Below the pieces are notes generated by a model that saw only the letters and a list, made by a program, of their open reading frames with translations, did not search any database and had not been told where the DNA came from. DNA of 64,000 nucleotides from Abditibacterium sp. (GTDB lineage Bacteria; Armatimonadota; Abditibacteriia; Abditibacteriales; Abditibacteriaceae). The position numbers and the translations under genes are program-made. Location of the stretch: the NCBI GenBank assembly GCA_965199495.1, contig CBDASK010000003.1, forward strand, positions 2,688,001 to 2,752,000, in the 5' to 3' direction. Shown piece after piece: positions 48,940 through 58,655 of this stretch (position 1 is its first letter; the number at the start of each line of letters is the position of its first letter).

Positions 48940-51249
48940 ATGACTTCGCCCGCGCCCTCCATTCTTCTCGAAATTCAACACGACCAAAACGGACGCATTT
49001 ATTCGCACGTCCGCCAGAAATATCTCGTCGAAACGCCCGAAGAGCGCGTGCGCCAGGAATATCTGCTCGTTTTGCACAACGAATACGGTTATGCGCTCGA
49101 CCAGATTGATGAAGAAGTTGACCCGAATCAGAGCGGCAAACAGCGCGGAACCGCGCAGGCGCGCGCCGACTTCGCGATTTATCGGAGCGCCGCCGACAAG
49201 AACGGCGACGCCACGCCGCTTGTGATCGTCGAGTGCAAATCCGATAACGTCACCATCCGCGAAACCGATTATCAGCAGGGCGAAAACTATGCGCGCCTCA
49301 ACGAAGCGCCGTTTTTCGTGACGCACAATTCCAAAGAAACGCGCTTTTGGAAAGTTCTTAAAGACAAGCGGCCCGGCTATCGTCTGGAAATCTCCGACAT
49401 TCCGCACGCGCACGATTCGCAAAAAGAGATTGACGCGCTTCTAACCAAACTCAAAACCTTCAAAGAAGACGATTTCGCGTCGCTCTTGCACAAATGCCAC
49501 AACATCATTCGCAACCGCGACCATCTCGATCCGGCGGCGGCGTTTGATGAAATCGCCAAAATTCTTTTCGTCAAAGTGTGGGTCGAACGCGATATGCGCG
49601 CCAAAAAATTGCGTCTCAATCGCTTCACCACCGATTACATGGACAGCTTGCCCGGTCACGCGCCGCTCGATTTGCTGTTTACCGAAACCCGCAATTCCTA
49701 CAAAGGCGCGCACATTTTCCGCGACGACGAAAAGATCAATCTCAAAGCCGAAACGGGCCGCGCCATCGTCAAGGAACTGGAGGTTTACAATCTTTCCGAT
49801 ACTTCGGAAGATATTAAAGGCATCGCGTTTGAGCGGTTTCTGGGGCGCACATTCAGGGGCGAAATCGGCCAGTTTTTCACGCCGCGCTCGATTGTCGAAT
49901 TTATGATTCGCATGATTGACCCGCGCAAAGACGACATTATTTGCGATCCGGCGTCGGGTTCGGGCGGCTTTTTGATTCGCTTTTTCGAGATGGTGCGCCA
50001 ACAACAATTGGCGCAGGCCGACGCGCGTTATGCCGATTTCAAAGCGAAGGTCGAAGCCGACGTGGCTCTTAATGACGAGACGCGCGGCGCCCAACTGCGC
50101 GAGGAATATCGGGCGATTCAAATTCATCTGAAACAGCAGTTGGATCGTTTGGCCAACCACCAGATTTTCGGCACCGACGCCAATGACCGCATGGCGCGCA
50201 CCTCGAAAATGAACATGATTATGCACGGCGACGGACACGCCGGAGTGCATCACCGCAACGGATTTCTCAACGTCAACGGCATCTTCGAGGGCCGTTTTTC
50301 GGTGATTCTGACCAATCCGCCGTTTGGTTCGAGCGTCGAGGAAACCGACCGCGTGCCCGTCGAACCGATGGATCGCGAGGTCGAAGACCGCTACATCCAA
50401 CTCTACGGCAAACCCTACGAAGACGAACTGGCGCGCCAACGTAGCCACGCCGCCAGAGGCCCGAAAGATTCGGCGATTGCCAAAATGTTCGATCTGGGAC
50501 AGCGCGGCACCAAAATCAAAACCGAAATCCTGTTTATCGAACGCTGTCTGCGCTTGCTCCAGCCGGGCGGACGCTTGGGCATCGTGTTGCCCGAAGGCAT
50601 TTTTAACAATCCCTCGCTCGATTATGTGCGCGAGTATTGCGAAGACCGCGCGCAAATTTTGGCGGTCGTGTCGCTGCCGACCGAAGCCTTTGTCGCGTCG
50701 GGCGCCAGCGTCAAAACTTCGCTGCTTTTCCTGAAGAAGTTCACCGACGCCGAAAAACTCGATTACGACACGCAATTGCATCAGACGCGCTTGGAGATTC
50801 GCGGCAAACATCAAAGCCGCGTTGACCAAATGAACGCCGAATTTGACGCGCGCATTTTGGCCGCGCGCCAAACCAAAAACATGGGCGAGCGCAAACTCGC
50901 TGAATCCGAGCAGCGCGCGTTCAAGAAAGCTGAAGCCGCGCGGCAGGAGATCGAAACGCGCGCGCTTCACAAAGAACGTTTCGCTTATAACGTGTTTTTA
51001 TACGAAGCTCAAAACGTCGGTATCACCGCGACGGGCGACGACGATTGGAACGAACTGTTGCCCGCCAATGACGAAGCCAATCCGCGCGGTTTGCCGTCCG
51101 GTGTCACGGTTTCGACGTTGGAAATGTATCGTCTTTTCCGCGACGATGCGCCCGCCTTCGCCGCCGCGATGCAAGCGCAAATCGAAGCGCAAGCCGCCGA
51201 AACAGACGACGAAGACGAGTCCAACGCCGAAGAAGAGGAGGGCGCATGA
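48940..51249 (+). CDS. Fused endonuclease (HsdR_N-like) + N6-adenine methyltransferase (type IIG/IIB-like RM subunit)
   Basis: PEERVRQ, ADFAIY...IVECK nuclease; GQFFTPR, DPASGSGGF (motif I), NPPF (motif IV), GIVLPEG. Confidence 0.92.
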   Translation: MTSPAPSILLEIQHDQNGRIYSHVRQKYLVETPEERVRQEYLLVLHNEYGYALDQIDEEVDPNQSGKQRGTAQARADFAIYRSAADKNGDATPLVIVECKSDNVTIRETDYQQGENYARLNEAPFFVTHNSKETRFWKVLKDKRPGYRLEISDIPHAHDSQKEIDALLTKLKTFKEDDFASLLHKCHNIIRNRDHLDPAAAFDEIAKILFVKVWVERDMRAKKLRLNRFTTDYMDSLPGHAPLDLLFTETRNSYKGAHIFRDDEKINLKAETGRAIVKELEVYNLSDTSEDIKGIAFERFLGRTFRGEIGQFFTPRSIVEFMIRMIDPRKDDIICDPASGSGGFLIRFFEMVRQQQLAQADARYADFKAKVEADVALNDETRGAQLREEYRAIQIHLKQQLDRLANHQIFGTDANDRMARTSKMNMIMHGDGHAGVHHRNGFLNVNGIFEGRFSVILTNPPFGSSVEETDRVPVEPMDREVEDRYIQLYGKPYEDELARQRSHAARGPKDSAIAKMFDLGQRGTKIKTEILFIERCLRLLQPGGRLGIVLPEGIFNNPSLDYVREYCEDRAQILAVVSLPTEAFVASGASVKTSLLFLKKFTDAEKLDYDTQLHQTRLEIRGKHQSRVDQMNAEFDARILAARQTKNMGERKLAESEQRAFKKAEAARQEIETRALHKERFAYNVFLYEAQNVGITATGDDDWNELLPANDEANPRGLPSGVTVSTLEMYRLFRDDAPAFAAAMQAQIEAQAAETDDEDESNAEEEEGA

Positions 51250-52598
51250 GCAACTGGAATCGCGTCGTTATCGTAGCCTCGAATGAGATGCAGAATTGGA
51301 GCGTTAGCGCCATTCCTAAAGTGAAGTGGAATTGGCCAGCAGAATATATTTTGCCTATGGGAACGGCGTTTCAACGATGCCTCAAAGAGGTTCCGCGCAA
51401 ACAATACGGCAATCCAGATTTGCGCCTTATCACTATCAAGTTTGATGGTTCGATACATTTGCGCACGGCGGACACACGAAATTTTAAAGGCGCTCTTTTT
51501 TATGCTCGCCCCGGCGACGTTGTGTATTCGAGAATTGACGCGCGAAATGGCGCGATTGGAATTGTGACTGACCGAATCGGCACAGCAGCCGTGAGTGGCG
51601 AGTTTCCGGTTTACCGCATAAAAGAAGAGGTTGCGACAGCCAAATTTATCTTTTTGCTTTTTCGCTCTCATCCTTTTCGCAAAACCATTAACGCGTTAAT
51701 TAGCGGGACAAGCGGGCGAAAAAGAGTGCAACCGCATCTATTGGAATCTATTAATGTTCCGCTTCCGCCGCTCGCAATTCAAGCGCAAATCGTGGCCGAT
51801 TGGGAAATCGCCGAACGCCAATATCGCGCGGGTTTGGCGTCGCTCGCGCAGCGCGAAGCCGATAATGACGCGCAATTTCTGGCCGCGTTGGGTTTGCAAT
51901 CGCCTAAACCCGCGCCGCCCACGCGCTGTCTGTCGGTCGCATGGAAAGAGATGGAGCGTTGGAGTAAGTCGGCGACAGAAATTCTCGCGCAAATCAATTT
52001 GAAAGATTGTTTATTCCCAATTGTGTCCGTTGAAGAATGCGTTCATGAAATTCGGCATGGTTGCTCTGATAGTCCTCCCAAATGGAAAACCGATTTGGAA
52101 ACTCTGAAAATTAGCGCCGTTACCAAAGGTTTCTTCAAACCTGACGAACGAAAATCTGCTGTCGATTCCGCCAGAAACCGACGAGACTTTGACCTAAAGC
52201 AAGGAGATGTTTTGATGTGCCGCACTAATGGCACATTGCGTTATGTGGGAATGTCGGCGCTGGTCGCAGAAGATTTTGACAACCTGATTTTTCCCGATAA
52301 AGTAATTCGTCTGCGAGTCAAAAACAACCTTTTGCCGGAGTATCTTTGGAAAGTGTTACAAACGCCGGTTCTGCGAACACAAATTGAAAGCATGGCCCGA
52401 ACTTCGGTTGGCAATTACGCCATTGGAAGCCAAGAAATTTGGCAGTTCAAAATTCCCCTGCCGCCGCTCGAAGTCCAGCGCGCGTTGATGGAAACAATGG
52501 CGGCGCAACGCGCGCACATCGCGAGCGAACACGCCGCGCTCGACGCAAACTTTGCCGACGCTAAAATGCGGCTCGAACGCGCTTTGCTGGGCGCATAA
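51246..52598 (+). CDS. HsdS-like specificity subunit (two TRDs)
   Basis: [44 protein letters not shown] overlap with the MTase gene. Confidence 0.9.
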   Translation: MSNWNRVVIVASNEMQNWSVSAIPKVKWNWPAEYILPMGTAFQRCLKEVPRKQYGNPDLRLITIKFDGSIHLRTADTRNFKGALFYARPGDVVYSRIDARNGAIGIVTDRIGTAAVSGEFPVYRIKEEVATAKFIFLLFRSHPFRKTINALISGTSGRKRVQPHLLESINVPLPPLAIQAQIVADWEIAERQYRAGLASLAQREADNDAQFLAALGLQSPKPAPPTRCLSVAWKEMERWSKSATEILAQINLKDCLFPIVSVEECVHEIRHGCSDSPPKWKTDLETLKISAVTKGFFKPDERKSAVDSARNRRDFDLKQGDVLMCRTNGTLRYVGMSALVAEDFDNLIFPDKVIRLRVKNNLLPEYLWKVLQTPVLRTQIESMARTSVGNYAIGSQEIWQFKIPLPPLEVQRALMETMAAQRAHIASEHAALDANFADAKMRLERALLGA

Positions 52599-52664
52599 GC
52601 AGCCACGCCGTGCGAAACACTCGTTCGGCGTGGCTGCTTGCGAGCGGCGTTTGCGTCTCACCTA

Positions 52665-52708
52665 TTGACGTGTCGCTATCGGCGACATATCCTCAAAACG
52701 TGTCGCTA
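52665..52708 (+). promoter_or_regulatory. Putative fic promoter with operator repeats
   Basis: TTGACG-N17-TATCCT; TGTCGC-N5-GCGACA in the spacer; ACGTGTCGCTA repeated at 52668 and 52698. Confidence 0.65.
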
Positions 52709-52726
52709 AAAACCGAAAACGTAAAC

Positions 52727-53872
52727 ATGAAGATTCCTTTTTGGGATGCGCTGCGGCCTTACAACGAACTGCCGCGTTTGCCGCCGCCCGATGAAATAGA
52801 GAGCAAAGCCGTATTGCGGCGCTGCATTGCGGCGCGCGCGGCGCTGGGCGAACTGAAACAGGCGACGGAATTGATGCCCAATCAATCGATTTTGATCAAT
52901 TCGATTCCGCTACTGGAAGCCTAGACCAGTTCGGAAATCGAGAATATCGTGACCACGACCGACCGTTTGTTCCAGCAGGTCGGGCGCGGCGCAAACGATA
53001 GCGACCCCGCGACCAAAGAAGCGTTGCGTTATGGTCAGGCGTTAATGGACGGATTTGGATTGGTGAAAGACCTGCCGATTCATACAGCCACGGCGGAAGA
53101 GATTTGCACGCGCATTCGCGGCGTTTCGATGACGGTGCGGCGCGTGCCGGGCACAACAATTGGCAACGCCACGACGGGCGAAGTGATTTACACGCCGCCC
53201 GAAGGCGAGTCGTTATTGCGCGATTTGCTGGGGAACTGGGAAAAGTTTCTGCACGACGAAAAACAGACCGGCATTGACCTGCTCATTCGCATGGCGGTCG
53301 GCCATTATCAGTTCGAGGCGATTCATCCGTTTACCGATGGTAACGGGCGCACCGGACGCATTTTGAACTCGCTCTTTCTCATCGAAGAGGGATTGCTGAC
53401 CCTACCGATTTTATATTTGAGCCGTTATATCATTCGCAACAAAACCGATTATTATCGCTTGCTGTTGGCCGTCACCGCACAGGGCGACTGGGAGGCGTGG
53501 CTGCTGTTTGTCATCAACGGCGTCGAGGAAACCGCGCGCTGGACGACGGCCAAAATCGCCGCGATCCGCGAGCTTTCGTCGCACACGCGCAAAGTTGTCA
53601 AAAGCGCGGCGTCCGCCGTTTACTCGCACGAATTGGTCAACCTGATTTTCGAGCGACCCTACTGTCGCATCGGAGATTTGGAAACGGCGGGCATCGCCAA
53701 GCGACAGGCGGCGTCGCGCTATCTCAAGCAACTCGTCAATATCGGCGTTTTGTGGGAACAGCCGTTTGGCAAGGAAAAACTGTTTTTGCATCCGAAGTTC
53801 TTGGAATTGCTCACCCGCGAAACCAACGAGTGGACGCCTTATCCTATCGGTATCGTGCCCGGTTCGCCCTGA
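52727..53872 (+). pseudogene. Class II Fic (AMPylase) gene with in-frame TAG at 52922-52924
   Basis: PYNELP...IPLLEA*TSSEIENIVTT...HPFTDGNGRTGR, C-terminal wHTH; both listed ORFs are in the same frame. Confidence 0.9.
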
Positions 53873-53940
53873 GCAACAAATGTGACGCTTCATAACAGGC
53901 AATTTTCACCAGAATTCAACCACAGGTTGCGGACAAAAAC

Positions 53941-53979
53941 AAAACAGCCTGCTCGCGCATTGCGCGAGCAGGCTGTTTT
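53941..53979. terminator. Bidirectional terminator between fic and tRNA-Glu
   Basis: AAAACAGCCTGCTCGCGCA-T-TGCGCGAGCAGGCTGTTTT. Confidence 0.88.
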
Positions 53980-53984
53980 AGGAT

Positions 53985-54058
53985 TACCCCGTAGGGGATT
54001 CGAACCCCTGATTTCTACCGTGAGAGGGTAGCGTCCTGGGCCGCTAGACCAACGGGGC
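53985..54058 (-). tRNA. tRNA-Glu (anticodon CTC), CCA not encoded
   Basis: GCCCCGTTGGTCTAGCGGCCCAGGACGCTACC-CTCTCAC-GGTAGAAATCAGGGGTTCGAATCCCCTACGGGGTA cloverleaf. Confidence 0.96.
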
Positions 54059-54088
54059 GGCTTCATTCTTCGATAAGAACAAGAAAAA

Positions 54089-54117
54089 ATTATACTGCCT
54101 CGCGCCAGTTTTAGCAA
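54089..54117 (-). promoter_or_regulatory. sigma70 promoter of tRNA-Glu
   Basis: TTGCTA-N17-TATAAT on the minus strand. Confidence 0.7.
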
Positions 54118-54129
54118 CCCCTAATTTTT

Positions 54130-54972
54130 ATGTCTTTCCCTCTCTGGATCGCCGATGCCTTCGTCGGCCAACTCAAAAACCGTGTTTTGCGCGGCAACCC
54201 GGCGGCTGTTATGATTCTCGACGAATTTCGCTCGGACAATTGGCACCAAGACGTGGCCGCCGAATTGAATTTGTCCGAAACCGCGTTTTTAGTTCAGCGC
54301 GCCGATAAAGATAAAAATTGGGATTTGCGTTGGTTTACCCCGACAACCGAAGTGGATTTGTGCGGTCACGCCACGCTCGCCAGCGCGCACGTTTTGTGGC
54401 AAAGCGAACGCGCGCGCAACGACGAACTCAGATTTCACACGCGGAGCGGCGTTTTGGGCGCGCGGCGCGCTGGCGAACACATCGCGCTCGATTTTCCGGT
54501 TCAGCCGGTGAAAATGGTGACGACGACTTCGCCCGCTCTCGACGCTTTGATCGAAGCCGTCGGCCTACGCAGCCACGCCGACCCGGTCGTGGCTTATCGC
54601 GCCGCCGATGATTGGTTGCTCAAAGTCGCGAGCGGGCGCGTCGAAAGTCTGCAACCCAATTTCGCCCGCCTGCGCGAATTGGCGGCGCCGCTACAAATGC
54701 GTGGCGTCATCGTGACCGCGCGCGCGCCGCGCGGGGCGAATTACGATTTCGATTCGCGCTTTTTCGCGTCCGGCGTCGGCATTGACGAAGACCCCGTCAC
54801 CGGTTCGGCGCACACCAAATTGGCACCGTTGTGGGGCGCTTTGCTCAAAAAAGACGATTTAATTGCTGTTCAAATTTCGCCGCGCGGCGGCTGGTGGCAA
54901 CTCAAATTGCGCGAAAACCGCGTCGAAATCAGTGGGAAAACCGAAATTCGCGTGCAGGGCCAATGGTTGTAG
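54130..54972 (+). CDS. PhzF-family isomerase
   Basis: DAF...GNPAAV, NLSETAF, LRWFTPTTEVDLCGHATLA, EDPVTGSAH. Confidence 0.95.
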   Translation: MSFPLWIADAFVGQLKNRVLRGNPAAVMILDEFRSDNWHQDVAAELNLSETAFLVQRADKDKNWDLRWFTPTTEVDLCGHATLASAHVLWQSERARNDELRFHTRSGVLGARRAGEHIALDFPVQPVKMVTTTSPALDALIEAVGLRSHADPVVAYRAADDWLLKVASGRVESLQPNFARLRELAAPLQMRGVIVTARAPRGANYDFDSRFFASGVGIDEDPVTGSAHTKLAPLWGALLKKDDLIAVQISPRGGWWQLKLRENRVEISGKTEIRVQGQWL

Positions 54973-55005
54973 TTGCGGTTTGTTTTTGTTAAAATAGAGA
55001 GGTTC

Positions 55006-55078
55006 GCGTCTGTAGTTCAGTGGATAGAACGCTGGCCTCCGAAGCCAGAAGTCGCTGGTTCGATCCCAGCCAGACGCA
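55006..55078 (+). tRNA. tRNA-Arg (anticodon CCG), CCA not encoded
   Basis: GCGTCTGTAGTTCAGTGGATAGAACGCTGGC-CTCCGAA-GCCAGAAGTCGCTGGTTCGATCCCAGCCAGACGCA. Confidence 0.96.
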
Positions 55079-55082
55079 TGCG

Positions 55083-55160
55083 AAAGGATAAAGGCTGAAG
55101 GATTAAGGATAAAAAAGGTTTTCCCAATTTTATCCTTAATCCTTCAGCCTTTATCCTTTT
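55083..55160. repeat. Inverted array of 7-nt repeats between tRNAs
   Basis: AAGGATA AAGGCTG AAGGATT AAGGATA and exact reverse complement TATCCTT AATCCTT CAGCCTT TATCCTT. Confidence 0.88.
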
Positions 55161-55164
55161 TTCC

Positions 55165-55236
55165 GCCTCCGTAGCTCAATGGATAGAGCAGACCTCTCCT
55201 AAGGGTAAGATCGGGGTTCGATTCCCTGTGGGGGCA
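55165..55236 (+). tRNA. tRNA-Arg (anticodon CCT), CCA not encoded
   Basis: GCCTCCGTAGCTCAATGGATAGAGCAGACCT-CTCCTAA-GGGTAAGATCGGGGTTCGATTCCCTGTGGGGGCA. Confidence 0.9.
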
Positions 55237-55296
55237 AACTTTCGGCGAACGCTGTTCAAGGCGTTCGCATTTTTTTCGTCTCTCGCCTTCTGAATT

Positions 55297-55782
55297 ATGA
55301 ACGCTTCCGACGATATTCATTGGATGCGCATCGCGCTCGAAGCCGCGCAACTCTGCTCACGTTCTGCTGGAGATTCTTCGCTGCCCGACGATGTGCCCGT
55401 CGGCGCGATTTGCGTTTTAAACGGTGCAGTCGTTGGCCGTGGCTGCAATCAGCGTCAACTCTTAAACGACCCGACGGCGCACGCCGAAACTATCGCTTTG
55501 CGCGAAGCCGCGCGCGCGCTCGGCACCTCGCATTTGAACGATGTCACGCTTTACGTCACGCTCGAACCGTGCGCGATGTGCGCGGGCGCGCTGTGGCTTG
55601 CGCGCGCGCGGCGCGTGGTTTTTGGCGCGTGGGATGACAAAGCCGGAGCGTGCGGCAGCGTTTTCGATGTGGCGCGCGACCCGCGTTTGAACCATATTTT
55701 GCAAGTGCGCGGCGGCGTTCTGGAAAGCGAATGCGCGCTTTTGCTACGCGAATTCTTTGAAAGTCGCCGCCAAAAAAACTGA
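55297..55782 (+). CDS. tadA: tRNA-specific adenosine deaminase
   Basis: VPVGA, DPTAHAE, TLYVTLEPCAMCAGA, DKAGACGS, RLNH. Confidence 0.95.
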   Translation: MNASDDIHWMRIALEAAQLCSRSAGDSSLPDDVPVGAICVLNGAVVGRGCNQRQLLNDPTAHAETIALREAARALGTSHLNDVTLYVTLEPCAMCAGALWLARARRVVFGAWDDKAGACGSVFDVARDPRLNHILQVRGGVLESECALLLREFFESRRQKN

Positions 55783-55834
55783 AAATCAGGGTAACGCGGC
55801 GCAGTTATTGATAACTCGCTGCGCCAAATTTATT

Positions 55835-57820
55835 ATGAATCCGCTTCGTTTTCGTCAGGTTCACCTCGACTTTCATACTTCCGAGAAAATTCCCGGCATC
55901 GGCGCTCACTTTTCCAAAACTCAGTTTCAGGAAATGCTCAAGCGCGGCCACGTCAATTCGGTCACGCTCTTCGCCAAATGCCATCACGGCTTGAGTTATC
56001 ACGATACCAAAATTGGTCTGCGCCATCCGGGTTTAGATTACGAATTATTGCCGCGCCAAATCGAGGCGTGCCGCGAAATTGATGTCAAATGCCCAATTTA
56101 CATTTCGGCGGGTTTGGACGAATACGCCGCCACCAAAAATCCCGCATGGATCACGGTCGCGCGCGATGGCCAGCCATCGAATCCGCTCCAGGCGCGCTGG
56201 AAAGAGTTGGGATTCGACACGCCTTACCTGAGTTATTTGTGCGAGCAAATCGAGGAGGTCGTGGACAATTACGACGCCACAGACGGGATTTTTCTCGATA
56301 TTATTCGCGCCAAAGACAACTTTTCGCCGCTCGGTTTGTTGGCGATGACCGGAAACGACGTTGACCCGTTGGACGAGGAAGCCGTGCGCGCCTGGAACTG
56401 GCGGATTTTACAGGATTATTACGCGCGCTCGACTAAAGCCAGCAAAAAGGGCGACGAAAATCGCCGCGTTTTTCATAATTCCGGCCATATTCCCAAGGGC
56501 AACGCCGACATTGTCCAATGGCAGTCGCACTTGGAATTGGAGAGTTTGCCGACGGGCGGTTGGGGCTACGATCATTTTCCGTTGTCGGCCAAATACGCGC
56601 GCACTTTGCCCCACGAAGTGTTGGGCATGACCGGCAAATTTCACACGACGTGGGGCGAGTTTGGCGGGTTTAAACGCGCCAATGCGCTCAAATATGAGTG
56701 CGCGGCGATGCTGGCGTTTGGCACCAAATGTTCGATTGGCGACCAACTGCATCCGAGCGGTTCGATGAACGCCGACACCTACGATTTGATCGGCGCGGCT
56801 TACAGCCACGTCGAGGCGCGCGAGCAATGGTGCGAGGGCGCCTCGACGTTATCGGACATCGCGCTCGTTTCGCCCGAAGCCGCGATGGGCGGCAGTTTGA
56901 ACCATTATTCTTATGATGCCCGCAGCGAACAGGGCGCCTCGCGGATGCTGTTGGAATTGCACGCCAGCTTCGATGTGGTTGATCTCGACCGCGATTTGAG
57001 CGGCTACAAAGTCGTAATTCTGCCCGACACGGTTGTTTTAGAGGGCGAATTTAAAACGAAAATCGAGGATTATCTTCAAAACGGTGGCAAATTATTGCTG
57101 TCGGGCGCCAGTGGTTTGACGCCCGACCAGTCCGAGTTCGCGCTCGACATCGGCCTGAAATTGGTTGGCAAAAGAGAGTTCGATCCCGATTACATCGTGC
57201 CGACGGACGCGATGCCAACGCCGCCGGTGCGCGGGCCGTTCGTGATTCATGGCGGTGCCAAAAACGTCGAAGCGAGCGCGAATTGGGAAGTTTTGGCGAC
57301 GCGACGCGATCCGTATTTCAATCGCGCGTGGAACCATTTTTGTTCGCACCAACATACGCCCGACGAAAAAGACAGTGCGTTCGCGGCGGCGCTTTCTAAC
57401 GGACAAATCGTCTATTTCGCGCACTCGATTTTTACCTGTTATCGCCAGTTGGGCCAGATGCTCTATCGCGATTTGGTAAAAGACGCGCTCAACATTTTGC
57501 TGCCGCGACCCAGTTTGCGGACGAATTTGCCTTCGACGGCGCGCGTGGCTTTGACCGAGCAAGCGCAACAAAATCGCGCGGTTTTGCATCTATTGTTCGC
57601 GATTCCGGTCAAGCGCGGCGATGACATCGAAGTGATTGACGAACTGTTTCCGCTCGCGGATATCGAGTGCGAAGTGCGTTTGGATAAACCGGTAAAGCAG
57701 GTCAAACTTGTGCCCGAAAACCGGCAACTCTCCTTTGAAACTGGCGATGGCGTCACCAGTTTTACAGTGCCCGAACTGTTGTGTCATCAAATGATCGAGT
57801 TGAGTTACCAAGAAAGATGA
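55835..57820 (+). CDS. Glycoside hydrolase, GH151/GHL6-like (putative alpha-L-fucosidase) with beta-galactosidase trimerisation domain
   Basis: FRQVHLDFHTS, FAKCHHG, DGIFLDI, LELESLPTGGWGY, GMTGKFHTTWGEFGG, IGDQLHP. Confidence 0.85.
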   Translation: MNPLRFRQVHLDFHTSEKIPGIGAHFSKTQFQEMLKRGHVNSVTLFAKCHHGLSYHDTKIGLRHPGLDYELLPRQIEACREIDVKCPIYISAGLDEYAATKNPAWITVARDGQPSNPLQARWKELGFDTPYLSYLCEQIEEVVDNYDATDGIFLDIIRAKDNFSPLGLLAMTGNDVDPLDEEAVRAWNWRILQDYYARSTKASKKGDENRRVFHNSGHIPKGNADIVQWQSHLELESLPTGGWGYDHFPLSAKYARTLPHEVLGMTGKFHTTWGEFGGFKRANALKYECAAMLAFGTKCSIGDQLHPSGSMNADTYDLIGAAYSHVEAREQWCEGASTLSDIALVSPEAAMGGSLNHYSYDARSEQGASRMLLELHASFDVVDLDRDLSGYKVVILPDTVVLEGEFKTKIEDYLQNGGKLLLSGASGLTPDQSEFALDIGLKLVGKREFDPDYIVPTDAMPTPPVRGPFVIHGGAKNVEASANWEVLATRRDPYFNRAWNHFCSHQHTPDEKDSAFAAALSNGQIVYFAHSIFTCYRQLGQMLYRDLVKDALNILLPRPSLRTNLPSTARVALTEQAQQNRAVLHLLFAIPVKRGDDIEVIDELFPLADIECEVRLDKPVKQVKLVPENRQLSFETGDGVTSFTVPELLCHQMIELSYQER

Positions 57821-57909
57821 AGCGATTTTCAGCATTTATGCTTCTCTCGGACGTTCCGGCTGGAACATCTCTGCGAAAGCGCTGAAAATCGGCGTAGGTT
57901 GAGGAAAAG

Positions 57910-57938
57910 CCATGATGCGTTGCGTCGTGGCTTTTTTC
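57910..57938 (+). terminator. Intrinsic terminator
   Basis: AAAAGCCATGATGC-GTT-GCGTCGTGGCTTTTTT. Confidence 0.7.
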
Positions 57939-58039
57939 GTTCTCGTGGATTTTGTTTTTGGTGTGTTTCTACGTTACTCCTTCGCCGAGGGCGGGTGAGG
58001 GAGTAACGTAATGGCGCTCAAATAAACAAAACCACAAGC

Positions 58040-58066
58040 GAACTTTTCGCCCCCGTTGCATCGTTG
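58040..58066 (+). promoter_or_regulatory. Putative ECF-sigma autoregulatory promoter
   Basis: GAAC-N18-CGTT immediately upstream of the ECF sigma gene. Confidence 0.55.
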
Positions 58067-58076
58067 ACTCATTCAA

Positions 58077-58655
58077 ATGCCCCCGATTTCCCTGCTGGCG
58101 CCATTACATTCGTCGCGATTGCAAATGGACGCGCCCGCCGAACTCTTGCAACGCGCCCGCGCGGGCGAACGCGACGCCATCGCGGTGTTATACGGGCGCT
58201 TTCGCGACCGCATGATCGCGCTGGCGTTTGGCATCGTGCGCGACCGCGCCGAGGCCGAAGATTGCGCGCAAGAAATTTTGCTGCGCGCCTTCAATAAAAT
58301 GCCGGTTTTGAACAGCGAATCCGAGTTCGCCGCGTGGCTCTACCGTCTGGCGATTAATCATTGTCTGGATCGCAAACGCAAATTAGACCGCCGCCAAAAC
58401 ATCAGCCACGGCGCGCCGCAACCGCAACATCAACCGAGTTTTGATGCGCAAATCGAAACCCGATTGGCGCTCGAACGCGTTTTGGACGAACTCTCCGAAA
58501 CCGCGCGATTAACGCTGATGCTGCGCGAATGGCATGAACTGGATTACGAAGAAATCGCGCAGATTACCAATGTGCCCGTCGGCACGGTGAAATCGCGATT
58601 GAACCAAGCGCGTCGCGAATTTCGGCGCATCTGGGAGGCGCACAATGCCGGATGA
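58077..58655 (+). CDS. ECF RNA polymerase sigma factor
   Basis: AEDCAQE, FAAWLYRLAINHCLD, YEEIAQ...VGTVKSRL; start may be 58125. Confidence 0.95.
   Translation: MPPISLLAPLHSSRLQMDAPAELLQRARAGERDAIAVLYGRFRDRMIALAFGIVRDRAEAEDCAQEILLRAFNKMPVLNSESEFAAWLYRLAINHCLDRKRKLDRRQNISHGAPQPQHQPSFDAQIETRLALERVLDELSETARLTLMLREWHELDYEEIAQITNVPVGTVKSRLNQARREFRRIWEAHNAG

Noticed and set aside
49441..50970. 509-aa antisense ORF, and other long shadow ORFs (e.g. 2098-3054, 16687-17715, 59346-60365)
   Set aside because: They lie opposite well-supported genes; expected from codon bias in GC-rich DNA; no recognisable motifs
52922..52924. Pyrrolysine or recoded TAG in fic
   Set aside because: TAG ends other genes here (e.g. 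5357, 40864, 54972) and no pyl genes are visible
48596..54058. tRNA-Glu-anchored integrative island carrying R-M and fic
   Set aside because: No integrase, and I could not find a duplicated tRNA 3' end (att site) near ftsY; foreign origin is plausible but unsupported as a mobile element
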